Shown in pieces: positions 26,899-36,491 of a stretch of DNA of 64,000 bases; the stretch's first letter is position 1, and every line of letters begins with the position of its first letter. The notes under the pieces were generated by a model that worked only from the letters and a program-made list of their open reading frames with translations, did not search any database and was not told the origin of the DNA. Source of the DNA: Patescibacteria group bacterium (GTDB taxonomy: Bacteria; Patescibacteriota; Patescibacteriia; UBA9934); NCBI GenBank assembly GCA_041661425.1, contig JBAZUI010000002.1, positions 38 through 64,037 on the forward strand, given 5' to 3'. A program made the position numbers and the translations under genes.

Positions 26899-28250
26899 CG
26901 AATATACTCCAATGGATTTTTTGTGGCTCCATTTACTCGTACCTCAAAGTGAAGGTGGGTTCCTGTAGATATTCCCGTTGTTCCACAAATTCCCAATGCC
27001 TGACCCTGCGCAACAGATTGCCCAGTAGTCACGTAAAGAGATTTATGATGCCCATAGCGTGTCACAATTCCATTGTCATGGCTGATTTCAACAAGATATC
27101 CGTAACCATTATACCAACCTGATTTTGTAACAATCCCGTCAGCAGCTGCATAATTTTGATTCGTATAAGCACAGTCAATATCGAGCCCATTATGCTTCCA
27201 ACTATAGTACTGGGTGATAACAAATAGATCAGATGGCCAAATCATACCTCCGGCCCCAGTCACCGTCGTTGTTGATGCGGTTGGCGTTGATGTAAAAATC
27301 TGGCTGATCGCGGTCGTACGAGCAGGAGCGACATAGATGATTTCACCGCCAGGGATCAATAATTGTTCGCCCACCGAGATATCATTTGCGCTCGCAAGTT
27401 TATTGAAAGCAAGAATATCATCAGCCTCAGCATTGTATTTTGAGGCAATTTTCGTGATCGTGTCACCACTTTTCACCGTATGTGACACTCCCGTTACCGG
27501 AAGAATCTTCAGTGTGGCTCCTGGACGAATAATAGACTTCACGGTTAAACTATTCGCCCAAAGAAGTGTATTGAGAGAAATCCCAAATTTCTCAGCAATA
27601 CTCGAAAGGGAATCGCCGGTAAGAACCGTGTACTCCTCAGTTTTTTCTCGAGGAGCGACCGAAGCTGACGACTCAGAGATAGGAAGAGCCACCAAAGAAT
27701 TTCCCCCAACCAGAGTTGTGGTTGTGAGATCGGTATTAATGTCATCGATCCCTCGCGCATAAGAGGAAAGCGCTGATTGCTCTTGATAATGAAGAGCTAC
27801 AAGCTGTTCCGCATTTTCCGGGGTAGCATATTCCTCAACGAGTTCAAGTCCATCCTCGTTGATCATATTATAAAGAAGACTCGTCTGCCCAAAAGTCTCC
27901 GCACGCACGGAATCTGTTCCAAGATTAAGAAGAACAGCAAGAATAATGAGGCTCGCAACTACCAAGTGGATCGTGTGTCTGTTGGCGAGAAAAAATGTAA
28001 ACCGATTTTTTGTTGGACGATCAATACGACCGAGATAACGTCGAAGTCGAAATGTCACGCGGTAGACCGGGATAAAAATCCCGAACAAAAAAGTACGTGC
28101 CAACCATTGAAAGGGGAGAAGAATTGCTCCAAACCCCGAGAGCACGTACGGTTTTACCCGAACGAGAAGCCGGATCATCCGCAGAAGAAAAGAAACAATA
28201 AATTGTTGATATTCGTTTGGTATAAAGTGTTCTAAGCTTAACAAATTCAC
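26895..28250 (-). CDS. M23-family metallopeptidase with two LysM domains and an N-terminal membrane anchor
   Basis: LysM motifs (TGDSLSSIAEKFGISLNTLLWAN; VKSGDTITKIASKYN...) and M23 catalytic HxxxD...HLHFE at the C-terminus. Confidence 0.8.
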   Translation of the reverse strand: MNLLSLEHFIPNEYQQFIVSFLLRMIRLLVRVKPYVLSGFGAILLPFQWLARTFLFGIFIPVYRVTFRLRRYLGRIDRPTKNRFTFFLANRHTIHLVVASLIILAVLLNLGTDSVRAETFGQTSLLYNMINEDGLELVEEYATPENAEQLVALHYQEQSALSSYARGIDDINTDLTTTTLVGGNSLVALPISESSASVAPREKTEEYTVLTGDSLSSIAEKFGISLNTLLWANSLTVKSIIRPGATLKILPVTGVSHTVKSGDTITKIASKYNAEADDILAFNKLASANDISVGEQLLIPGGEIIYVAPARTTAISQIFTSTPTASTTTVTGAGGMIWPSDLFVITQYYSWKHNGLDIDCAYTNQNYAAADGIVTKSGWYNGYGYLVEISHDNGIVTRYGHHKSLYVTTGQSVAQGQALGICGTTGISTGTHLHFEVRVNGATKNPLEYIR

Positions 28251-28350
28251 AACTATTGGTCAAGCTATTTTTGTATGTTTTCTTCTATAATTAGCGGAAT
28301 ATCCACATTTAATGGCCCGGGCATTTTTCCATGTATTCCATTTTGGTTTT

Positions 28351-28380
28351 TTGACAAATCGATATGAATCTCCGTATGAT
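28351..28380 (+). promoter_or_regulatory. Sigma70-like promoter TTGACA-18-TATGAT of the pyrophosphatase gene
   Basis: The -10 lies downstream of the first in-frame ATG (28364), so translation most likely starts at 28397. Confidence 0.5.
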
Positions 28381-28396
28381 GGGGGAAAATTTTACT

Positions 28397-30397
28397 ATGA
28401 ACATCTCTTATCTTGCGCTCATCGTTGCCGCGGCAGCGATCGTCTACACCGGTTTTCTTATCCGATGGATTTTCAAACGTCCATCAGGCGAAGGAAAAAT
28501 GAAAGGAATCGCCTTAGCGATTCAAGAAGGTGCCAATGCCTACCTCTCTCGTCAGTATCGCGCTATCGCGATGGTGGGAATCATCATCTTCTTCCTTCTT
28601 GGCTTCTTCTTGAACTGGACCATGGCCATTGGCTTCCTGGTTGGAGCCATTCTTTCCGGGCTTGCCGGTTACATTGGCATGCTCGTTTCCGTTCGAGCCA
28701 ATGTCCGAACCGCTGAGGCGGCCAAACACGGGCTTTCAAAAGCGCTCGACGTTGCGGTTCGCGGAGGATCGGTCACGGGGTTATTCGTCGTGACTCTTGG
28801 ACTCATTGGTGTCGTGGGATTTTACCTTATCACGCACGACGTCACAGCCTTGGTTGGCCTTGGATTCGGGGGATCACTCATTTCCGTCTTCGCTCGACTT
28901 GGTGGGGGAATTTTTACAAAAGCGGCGGATGTTGGAGCTGACCTCGTTGGAAAAGTTGAAGCCGGAATTCCGGAAGACGATCCACGTAATCCTGCGGTCA
29001 TTGCAGATAATGTCGGCGATAACGTTGGGGATTGCGCTGGCATGGCCGCGGATCTTTTTGAAACCTATGCGGTTGCCATGATTGCTTCCATGCTTATTGG
29101 TGTACAAGTATTTGGTAATATCGAGGCAATAACAACCTTTCCGTTTGCGATAGGTGCGGTTGCAATCGTAGCTTCCATTATTGGGAGCCTCATGATCAAG
29201 GTTGGAAAATCCGGAACAATCATGACAGCACTTTATAAGGGAGTGATTTCCGCAGGATTGATCTCCGCGGCCGCTTTCTATCCAATGACTCAATGGATCT
29301 TGGGTGATATTGCTGGAATTAATGCCATGAACATTTATTGGTCACTTCTCGTTGGTCTTGCGGTTACTGCCTTAATGGTTGTGATCACGGAATACTATAC
29401 ATCGACCGAATATAAGCCGGTTCAACGCCTTGCCGCTGCCTCACAAACAGGTCATGGAACAAATATCATTTCCGGTCTTGCCCTTTCCATGCGTGCAACT
29501 GTTCTTCCAGTGCTCGTGATTGTTGCCGCGCTCATTGCCGCCTATAGCCTTGCTGGAATTTACGGCGCTGCCATGGCTGTGATGGCCATGCTTTCCCTCA
29601 CGGGAATTATTGTTACGCTCGATGCTTATGGACCGATTACGGATAATGCCGGTGGCATTGCCGAAATGGCGGAACTTTCCGATGAGGTTCGCGCGGTAAC
29701 CGATCCATTGGATGCTGTGGGAAATACCACAAAAGCCGTCACAAAAGGATACGCCATCGCTTCTGCCGGGCTCGCGGCAACCGTTCTCTTTGCCGGATAT
29801 ACCGAGGGATTGGCCGCTCATGGCGTTAATGTCGTTTTTGATCTTGCTGATCCTTACATCATTGCCGGATTGTTTATTGGTGGCCTTCTTCCGTATCTTT
29901 TCGCCTCCTATGCCATGGAAGCGGTTGGAAAAGCCGCAGGAAAAGTCGTTGAGGAAGTGCGACGTCAATTCCGCGAGATTAAGGGCATCATGGAAGGAAA
30001 GGAAAAGCCAGATTACAGCAAAGCCGTTGATATCGTCACAAAAGCGGCAATTGCGGAAATGTTTATTCCTGCGCTCCTTCCGGTGCTCGTCCCCATTGCG
30101 GTTGGATTCATCCTTGGCCCAGCCGCGCTCGGTGGATTGCTTATTGGAACGATTGTTACCGGACTTTTCCTTGCCATCTCCATGACAACCGGTGGTGGAG
30201 CCTGGGACAATGCAAAAAAATACATCGAGAAAGGGAATTACGGTGGCAAACATTCTCCAGCCCACCAAGCAGCCGTCACAGGCGATACGGTTGGCGACCC
30301 ATACAAAGATACTGCCGGGCCAGCCATCAACCCAATGATCAAGATCGTCAATATTGTTGCTTTGATCATTGTTCCATTGATTGTCGCTGTTCTTTAA
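28397..30397 (+). CDS. hppA: Membrane-bound proton-translocating pyrophosphatase (the ORF track starts it at 28364)
   Basis: [44 protein letters not shown] are H+-PPase signature segments; about 15 TM. Confidence 0.9.
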   Translation: MNISYLALIVAAAAIVYTGFLIRWIFKRPSGEGKMKGIALAIQEGANAYLSRQYRAIAMVGIIIFFLLGFFLNWTMAIGFLVGAILSGLAGYIGMLVSVRANVRTAEAAKHGLSKALDVAVRGGSVTGLFVVTLGLIGVVGFYLITHDVTALVGLGFGGSLISVFARLGGGIFTKAADVGADLVGKVEAGIPEDDPRNPAVIADNVGDNVGDCAGMAADLFETYAVAMIASMLIGVQVFGNIEAITTFPFAIGAVAIVASIIGSLMIKVGKSGTIMTALYKGVISAGLISAAAFYPMTQWILGDIAGINAMNIYWSLLVGLAVTALMVVITEYYTSTEYKPVQRLAAASQTGHGTNIISGLALSMRATVLPVLVIVAALIAAYSLAGIYGAAMAVMAMLSLTGIIVTLDAYGPITDNAGGIAEMAELSDEVRAVTDPLDAVGNTTKAVTKGYAIASAGLAATVLFAGYTEGLAAHGVNVVFDLADPYIIAGLFIGGLLPYLFASYAMEAVGKAAGKVVEEVRRQFREIKGIMEGKEKPDYSKAVDIVTKAAIAEMFIPALLPVLVPIAVGFILGPAALGGLLIGTIVTGLFLAISMTTGGGAWDNAKKYIEKGNYGGKHSPAHQAAVTGDTVGDPYKDTAGPAINPMIKIVNIVALIIVPLIVAVL

Positions 30398-30539
30398 TCA
30401 ATCATAAAACCGCTGACGACATTCGCCGGCGGTTTTTGTTATTGAATGGTTGACAAATCAGTAATTTTATCGTTAAATTTATTCGTCACGCGACCATCCG
30501 TGCATAAAGCTCGGATGCAACCGTTATGGGAGATTCACC

Positions 30540-30974
30540 ATGGATTTCTTTCACCTCTTCTTCTACTTGCTTGTCGGTGCTTTCACTGCGTCCTTGATTA
30601 GCCTTATCCAGCGCATCGGAAAGCAGAAAAAGATGGAATGCAAACTCCGTGACATGCAAAGGATGGCCGACGTCCTTGAGGCCAAAGTGTGGGACATGAA
30701 GCACAAATGCCATGACGTCGAGAGGATTGCTGACGACCTCGGCACGGTGATCGTGAACGAGATCAAGGGGCGCAAACCGCACATTGAGCGGACTCCCTTC
30801 AAAGGTGAGGATGGAACGGACAAGGAGTGCTTCCTTGTGTGGAACGGCGCCATCCTGACCGACGGGGAAGAAATCAGAGAAAGCGATCACGGACGAGCCT
30901 ACGAGGTCGTCGCGGTGACCCTCGACAAGGACGGGCTCTGTACCAGGGCCAAGGTCATCCCGCCCCGGTTCTGA
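30540..30974 (+). CDS. GC-rich small hypothetical protein (N-terminal TM plus coiled coil), likely horizontally acquired
   Basis: Local GC about 57% against about 42% in the flanks; promoter TTGACA-17-TTAAAT at 30453-30481; SD-ATG context gggagattcaccATG; terminator gccgacc..ggtcggc plus T run at 31000-31030. The opposite-strand ORF 30486..31067 looks antisense. Confidence 0.5.
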   Translation: MDFFHLFFYLLVGAFTASLISLIQRIGKQKKMECKLRDMQRMADVLEAKVWDMKHKCHDVERIADDLGTVIVNEIKGRKPHIERTPFKGEDGTDKECFLVWNGAILTDGEEIRESDHGRAYEVVAVTLDKDGLCTRAKVIPPRF

Positions 30975-31100
30975 CCCTCTCAGCGCTTCCTTCTTCTCCT
31001 GCCGACCCCTCGTGGTCGGCGTTTGGCTTTTAAATGGTTTTCTATACAAAACCGTTGACAGCATCATTATTTTCGCTTAGACTTTGCACAAAACTAACCT

Positions 31101-32381
31101 ATGCATACTCTTGAAATCAAAGACAATAAAGCCATTTTCACCCTCACCATTCCAGCCGATGAAGTGCTCCACGGCATGAAACATGCGGCCGAGCATATGA
31201 GCGAGGAATCGTCCATTCCTGGTTTTCGTCCTGGAAAAGCACCTTATGAGGTTGTAAAACAACGTGTTGGGGAAATGAAACTCCTGGAAGCCGCGGCTGA
31301 AGAGCTTATTCGAAAAGCCTTCGTGGAAGCCATGATTGCCGAGGATCTTGAAACGCTTGGCCAACCCTATTTTAATGCGGTCAAAATGGCACCTGGAAAC
31401 GACATGGTGATTACGGCCGAAGTCGCACTCTATCCAAAGATTATTGAGCTTGCCGATTTCAATAAGTTGTCTGTTGAGAGAAAAAACGTAGAACCCACAA
31501 AAGAGACAATCGAATCTGCAAAAAAAGAGCTTGCAACCATGCAAACAAAGGAAGTACGAAAAACCGCTGGTGAAATCCTTGAAAAAGGCGATAAAGCTGT
31601 TGTGAACCTTGTCATGAAAAAAGACGGAGTTGTGCTTGAAGGTGGGGAAGGACAAAATCACGGCATTTATACGGGCGAAGCTCATTACATCGATGGCATG
31701 GTTGATAAAATCCTCGGCGCAAAAGAAGGGGAAGAGAGAACATTCACACTTCCATTTCCAAAAGACCATTATCAAAAGCATTTAGCAGGACAAAATATCG
31801 ATTTTACAGTGACTGTGAAGGAGATCTTCCGGCTTGAGGCCCCAACGATCGATGACGCTTTTGCAAAGACGCTTGGATTTGATTCGCTTGCAAAACTCGA
31901 GGAAAAACTCTTGGAAAACCTCCGTGCGGAAAACCAACACGAGGAAGAAATCCGTGAGGATCGTGAAATCCTTGATCTTTTAGCAGAAAAATCGAAATTC
32001 GAGGAAATTCCGGATCTTCTGCTCAATCAAGAAATCGAAAAGATGATCCAGGAGCTTCAGCATTCAATAAAAGAGCGCGGGCTTGAATTCGAGGCCTACC
32101 TCAAGTCAATCAACAAATCACTTGCGGATTTAAAGCTTGATTTCTCTGCTCCGGCCCTCCGTCGCGTTCAGGTTGGTTTGATTCTCAAAAAAATCAGTGA
32201 GGATCAAAAAATCATTGTCCCAGAGGATGTCATCGATAAAGAATTAGATGATATTGCGGCAGAATACGATAACGCGGAAATCAAAAAACGCGTTTACGAG
32301 CCCGTCTATCGTGAGTACGTTCGCCATCAAAAGAAAAATCGCATGACGATTGATTTCCTCAAATCAAAAATGGTCAAATAA
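31101..32381 (+). CDS. tig: Trigger factor
   Basis: 426 aa; N-terminal ribosome-binding region, FKBP-like middle (GFRPGKAPYEVV) and C-terminal arm. Confidence 0.9.
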   Translation: MHTLEIKDNKAIFTLTIPADEVLHGMKHAAEHMSEESSIPGFRPGKAPYEVVKQRVGEMKLLEAAAEELIRKAFVEAMIAEDLETLGQPYFNAVKMAPGNDMVITAEVALYPKIIELADFNKLSVERKNVEPTKETIESAKKELATMQTKEVRKTAGEILEKGDKAVVNLVMKKDGVVLEGGEGQNHGIYTGEAHYIDGMVDKILGAKEGEERTFTLPFPKDHYQKHLAGQNIDFTVTVKEIFRLEAPTIDDAFAKTLGFDSLAKLEEKLLENLRAENQHEEEIREDREILDLLAEKSKFEEIPDLLLNQEIEKMIQELQHSIKERGLEFEAYLKSINKSLADLKLDFSAPALRRVQVGLILKKISEDQKIIVPEDVIDKELDDIAAEYDNAEIKKRVYEPVYREYVRHQKKNRMTIDFLKSKMVK

Positions 32382-32408
32382 TTGAGCCCCGCAAGGGGCT
32401 CCTTCATT

Positions 32409-32654
32409 ATGCTGATTGAAGTTCACGTTCGTCCAAATACAAAAAAGAATCAAATTGACTCTTTTCTTGCCCCAAATATTTTTCATGTTTCGCTCCACGC
32501 ACTCGCCAAGGAAGGTGAAGCGAATAACGCACTTTTGCGAGTCCTCGCAGATCATCTTCACATCGCTCCATCGCTTATTACCCTAAAACGCGGTGAAAAA
32601 TCTCGGATAAAACTCCTCGAAATCCCAAACGGAACACCATTTCCGCTCAGTTAA
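32409..32654 (+). CDS. DUF167 (YggU-like) small protein (the ORF track starts it at 32382)
   Basis: [16 protein letters not shown]...[37 protein letters not shown] matches the DUF167 pattern. Confidence 0.55.
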   Translation: MLIEVHVRPNTKKNQIDSFLAPNIFHVSLHALAKEGEANNALLRVLADHLHIAPSLITLKRGEKSRIKLLEIPNGTPFPLS

Positions 32655-32910
32655 CAGAATCCACTCCTCCCGAGGACCAAGGGTGGCAACGAAGAATGCG
32701 CCAAATTCCAAGGGCAATGCCACGGAATACTCCTTTTTTCAAAATTGCCTGACGCGAATATTCCGAACAACTCGGATAAAACCGACAAAAACCGTAAGGA
32801 TAAGAATACTTTAGCCAACCGTGATCGGGTGAAAACGTTTTTTGATACAAAACAATAGGGCCTGTCGCGCAAATGCGACAAAACTTTATGAACTTTTGTT
32901 TTCCTGCCAT
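32647..32910 (-). CDS. yidD: Membrane protein insertion efficiency factor YidD
   Basis: [20 protein letters not shown]...[16 protein letters not shown] is the YidD signature. Confidence 0.8.
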   Translation of the reverse strand: MAGKQKFIKFCRICATGPIVLYQKTFSPDHGWLKYSYPYGFCRFYPSCSEYSRQAILKKGVFRGIALGIWRILRCHPWSSGGVDSVN

Positions 32911-33248
32911 ACTTTCCCTTTCTTGAAAATCGCGATTAGTCCTGTTTCTTTTTCCGCAAAAGGAATGTCGAGCGCTTTTTTTGAAGGAAGAAGAATAAAA
33001 TCACAGCCCGCAACGATATTTTCAAGATGTTTCTGGATTATTTCTCGATATTGACGACGGAGATAATTTCTCTTCACAGCACTTTTATGGACTTTTATTC
33101 CCGCAACAATAGCAAAACGAGAAGCATCTAGGCCGTTCTTCCTAAATTTAACGCCACAGATAGGATCAAAAATGCTTTTTCCTGAGGAAAAAACAAGATC
33201 AATGTCTTTTTTATTTCGCAGTCGATGTTCTTGAGGTAGCATACCCAC
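32886..33248 (-). CDS. rnpA: RNase P protein component
   Basis: [11 protein letters not shown]...[16 protein letters not shown]; basic; immediately downstream of rpmH. Confidence 0.8.
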   Translation of the reverse strand: MGMLPQEHRLRNKKDIDLVFSSGKSIFDPICGVKFRKNGLDASRFAIVAGIKVHKSAVKRNYLRRQYREIIQKHLENIVAGCDFILLPSKKALDIPFAEKETGLIAIFKKGKVWQENKSS

Positions 33249-33267
33249 TCATTCTAATTGAAATAAC

Positions 33268-33293
33268 AAAAGAAGGGGAGACCCCTTCTTTTT
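33268..33293 (-). terminator. Hairpin AAGAAGGGG-aga-CCCCTTCTT plus T run immediately 3' of rpmH
   Basis: Read directly. Confidence 0.55.
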
Positions 33294-33444
33294 ATCGTGG
33301 ACGCGCTTTTACGACTAATCGCTTACGTCCTTTTGCGCGGCGGCGCTTGAGAACATTTCGTCCGTCCTTTGAGGACATGCGGGCACGGAATCCATGTACT
33401 TTTGCGCGGCGGCGCTTCTTTGGCTGATATGTTCGACGTGGCAT
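33292..33444 (-). CDS. rpmH: 50S ribosomal protein L34 (not in the ORF track; 50 aa)
   Basis: My own translation [45 protein letters not shown]... is the canonical L34 sequence. Confidence 0.85.
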   Translation of the reverse strand: MPRRTYQPKKRRRAKVHGFRARMSSKDGRNVLKRRRAKGRKRLVVKARPR

Positions 33445-33513
33445 AGACCATTTGCTTCAATAAAGTGAGGGAAAAATACCATAGCACTTGCCAAATGTCA
33501 AACAATAGGCTTG

Positions 33514-33591
33514 CTATCCACAGATAGATATACTTATCCACAGTGCATCCCCAGAATCCTCACATTTTTATCGCTTGAGACCTGTGGATAG
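33514..33591. promoter_or_regulatory. Three DnaA boxes (cTATCCACAg, TTATCCACAg, TGTGGATAg) in the rpmH-dnaA intergenic region; dnaA promoter and origin flank
   Basis: 9-mers matching TTATCCACA with 0-1 mismatch at 33514-33523, 33534-33542 and 33583-33591. Confidence 0.7.
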
Positions 33592-33646
33592 GTAGTATAC
33601 AATGACCCCGTCGTCGATTTAAAACCTCAGGGTTACCTCTTGTCTT

Positions 33647-35044
33647 ATGAACACCCACGAATTGTGGCAGTCCGCACTTGGGCAGCTTGAACTCAAGTTG
33701 AGTAAGGCCCATTTTACAACTTGGTTTCGCAATACTTTCATTGCGGATTATTCCGAAGGGCATGTCATTATTGGGGTTCCAAACACCTTTACAAAAGCCT
33801 GGCTCGAAAAAAAATATCATCGTGACATTCTCGATTGCATTCAAAACATCACAGAACAACACATAAAACAGCTTGTCTATCGGGTGGAGACTCGCCCAAA
33901 CGAGCCCCAAACGATTATTTTCGGTCAAATTCCTGCAACGACTCCACTCAAAACAGAAGAACCGCGTGAGGACTATGGTTTTACGCCTTCTTCCTATGAA
34001 TCAAGTCCCTCACACGGGACGATCATCATCAACCCAGCCTATACATTTGGAACATTTGTCGTCGGCAAACACAACGAGCTAGCTCACGCGGCTGCTCAGG
34101 CGATTGCCGCCCAGCCAGGAGGGACTTATAACCCTCTTTTTGTCTACGGAGGAGTTGGCCTCGGAAAAACACACCTTTTGCACGCCGTTGGAAACGCAAT
34201 GCTTGAGCGAACCCCTAATGCGCATATCCTTTATGTGACGTGCGAGAAGTTCACTAATGACTTTATTCATGCCGTTCGTAGTGGGAAAGGGAAGGAATTC
34301 AAAGATCTCTATCGAAACGTTGACCTTCTCCTTATTGACGACATCCAATTTATTACCGGAAAAGAGGGAACTCAGGAAGAATTTTTTCATACCTTTAATT
34401 CCCTGCACCAGGAAAATAAACAAATCGTCATTTCCTCCGATCGCCCACCAAAAGCGATTGCCGCATTGGAAAAGCGTCTTCTTTCGCGTCTTGAATGGGG
34501 TATGCTCGTCGACATTGGGGCACCAGATCTTGAAACACGCATTGCCATCCTTCAAACAAAGTGCCAAAAACGCTCCATTGAACTTTCACGGGAGATCCTT
34601 CACTTTGTCGCTTCCAATATCTCATCCAATGTCCGTGAACTCGAAGGAGCACTTAACAAAATCATTGCGTTCCATCAATTTAAAAACATCGAACCTTCTT
34701 TAGAATCTGTAAAACCCCTCATCGCAAGTTTTGAGTTGAGCTCCATTCGAAAAACAATCTCTCCAAAACAGATCATCATCACGGTTTCCGAATATTTCGA
34801 CATTGCCGTCAACGATGTTTTGGGAAAAAGCCGTGAAAAACGCCTCGCATTTCCACGACAAATCATCATGTTCCTCTTACGAGAAGAAATGAAAAGCTCT
34901 TATCCAACAATCGGCACAGAGCTTGGAGGTCGCGATCATACCACTGCAATGCATGCCTATACAAAAATACAGGGCTTGGTAAAAAACGATGAGCAATTAA
35001 AACGTGATCTTGACCTCATCAAGCAGAAACTTTACTCAGGTTAG
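33647..35044 (+). CDS. dnaA: Chromosomal replication initiator DnaA
   Basis: Walker A GGVGLGKTHLL, sensor/box VII, C-terminal DNA-binding HTH (LGGRDHTTAMHAYTKI). Confidence 0.95.
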   Translation: MNTHELWQSALGQLELKLSKAHFTTWFRNTFIADYSEGHVIIGVPNTFTKAWLEKKYHRDILDCIQNITEQHIKQLVYRVETRPNEPQTIIFGQIPATTPLKTEEPREDYGFTPSSYESSPSHGTIIINPAYTFGTFVVGKHNELAHAAAQAIAAQPGGTYNPLFVYGGVGLGKTHLLHAVGNAMLERTPNAHILYVTCEKFTNDFIHAVRSGKGKEFKDLYRNVDLLLIDDIQFITGKEGTQEEFFHTFNSLHQENKQIVISSDRPPKAIAALEKRLLSRLEWGMLVDIGAPDLETRIAILQTKCQKRSIELSREILHFVASNISSNVRELEGALNKIIAFHQFKNIEPSLESVKPLIASFELSSIRKTISPKQIIITVSEYFDIAVNDVLGKSREKRLAFPRQIIMFLLREEMKSSYPTIGTELGGRDHTTAMHAYTKIQGLVKNDEQLKRDLDLIKQKLYSG

Positions 35045-35296
35045 TGGATAGAAGGTGAATATCCCCATCCAAAAAGGTGGATAAAACTCCGCATAACTCA
35101 GGGGATAAGAAGGAGATAACCAAATGAAAAATTTATCACTTACTTCATCCCCCTTAACTGCACCACTCCACACAGCAGTCATACACAAACGCTCTAACAG
35201 AATCATCGCGCTGCCACAAGCTCAAATGAGTTATCCACGCTATCCACACCCCTTACTATTATTACTGTCATATATAACTAATTAATTTTCTTCCCT
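35043..35296. other. oriC core: at least five DnaA boxes (GTGGATAGA, GTGGATAAA, GGGGATAAG, TTATCCACG, CTATCCACA) followed by an AT-rich unwinding element (35259-35295) abutting the dnaN start
   Basis: Boxes read at 35043, 35076, 35101, 35231 and 35240; the stretch ttactattattactgtcatatataactaattaattttc is about 85% AT. Confidence 0.7.
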
Positions 35297-36421
35297 GTGA
35301 AATTTTCATGCACCAGAGAGAATCTTCATCAAGGACTCTCCATAACAAGTCGCGTAGGAGGAAAAAATGTTAATCTTCCAATCCTTAGTAATGTCTTAGT
35401 TCGAGCTGATGGGGGAGGAATAAAGTTAATATCAACGAATCTTGAAATTGCGATCTCTTGTTCTATCCGAGGAAAAGTTGATCAAGATGGAGAATATACG
35501 GTTCCTGCAAAACTTTTCTTTGATTATGTGAATCTTTTGCCAAATGAGCGTGTTGATGTTGATTTACTTGATAATGCGATTTTTGTTGGTTGTGGCAATG
35601 CAAAGACGAAGATCCACGGAATTCCTGCAACGGAATTTCCACTTATTCCTCCAGTTGGAGGCGGGACCGTCTATTCAATTGGTGTTGCAAATTTCTCACA
35701 AGCACTTTCGCAAGTTTTATTTGCTGCTGCCACAAATGAATCACGTCCTGAACTCTCTGGGATCCTCCTCAACTTCGATGAACAGGGAAAACTAATATTC
35801 GCCGCTACTGATAGCTATCGCCTCTCTGAAGTTGAATTAAAGCTTCCAGTGCCCCAAGCAAATAAAGTCATCGTACCGCAACGGACACTTTCGGAGCTAA
35901 ATCGTATTTTGAGTATTTTTCGCGATGATGTTGAAGCACCAAGTGCTGTTGAAATTCGTTTATCCGATAATCAGATTGTCTTTCAGTATGGTTCAGTAGA
36001 GCTTACCTCGCGCGTGATTGAGGGATCCTACCCCGATTATAAGCAAATTATCCCAACGCAAGTAAAGACCGAGGTTCTGTTGGATTGCGCAGAGTTTCAA
36101 CAGGCGGTAAAAACCGTGAGTCTCTTCTCAAAAACAGGACTTTTTGATGTGACCCTTGGGTTTGATGCCACAAATCAGCAGATGGAGGTATCGGCGTCAG
36201 ACAAAACACGTGGAGAAAATACGGTGATATTGAAGGCGGCGATTCAGGGGGTGGAAAATCGTGTTGTTCTCAACTTTCGGTATCTTTTGGATGGACTCAA
36301 TGCGATTTCTTCCTCACAAATCACATTTAAGATGATTGATGGCATGAATCCCTGTCTTCTTTTGCCAAAAGAAATGCCCAATGAATCGTTCCAGTACATC
36401 ATCATGCCAATTAGGCAATAG
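35297..36421 (+). CDS. dnaN: DNA polymerase III beta sliding clamp (GTG start)
   Basis: MKFSCTRENL...LPILSNVLVRADGGG aligns with DnaN N-termini; 374 aa. Confidence 0.9.
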   Translation: MKFSCTRENLHQGLSITSRVGGKNVNLPILSNVLVRADGGGIKLISTNLEIAISCSIRGKVDQDGEYTVPAKLFFDYVNLLPNERVDVDLLDNAIFVGCGNAKTKIHGIPATEFPLIPPVGGGTVYSIGVANFSQALSQVLFAAATNESRPELSGILLNFDEQGKLIFAATDSYRLSEVELKLPVPQANKVIVPQRTLSELNRILSIFRDDVEAPSAVEIRLSDNQIVFQYGSVELTSRVIEGSYPDYKQIIPTQVKTEVLLDCAEFQQAVKTVSLFSKTGLFDVTLGFDATNQQMEVSASDKTRGENTVILKAAIQGVENRVVLNFRYLLDGLNAISSSQITFKMIDGMNPCLLLPKEMPNESFQYIIMPIRQ

Positions 36422-36451
36422 AAAAGAGTCGTTTGCGGTAACAAGAAAATT

Positions 36452-36483
36452 AAAACCCCCTCGAGATATTCGAGGGGGTTTGA
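36452..36483. terminator. Bidirectional terminator CCCCCTCGA-gatat-TCGAGGGGG between dnaN and the PBP gene
   Basis: Perfect 9-bp stem flanked by AAAA and TTT. Confidence 0.6.
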
Positions 36484-36491
36484 AATTTCGA

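Noticed and set aside
30486-31067. 193-aa minus-strand ORF overlapping the small GC-rich gene
   Set aside because: An antisense artefact of GC-rich DNA. The plus-strand gene has a promoter, SD, TM helix and terminator.
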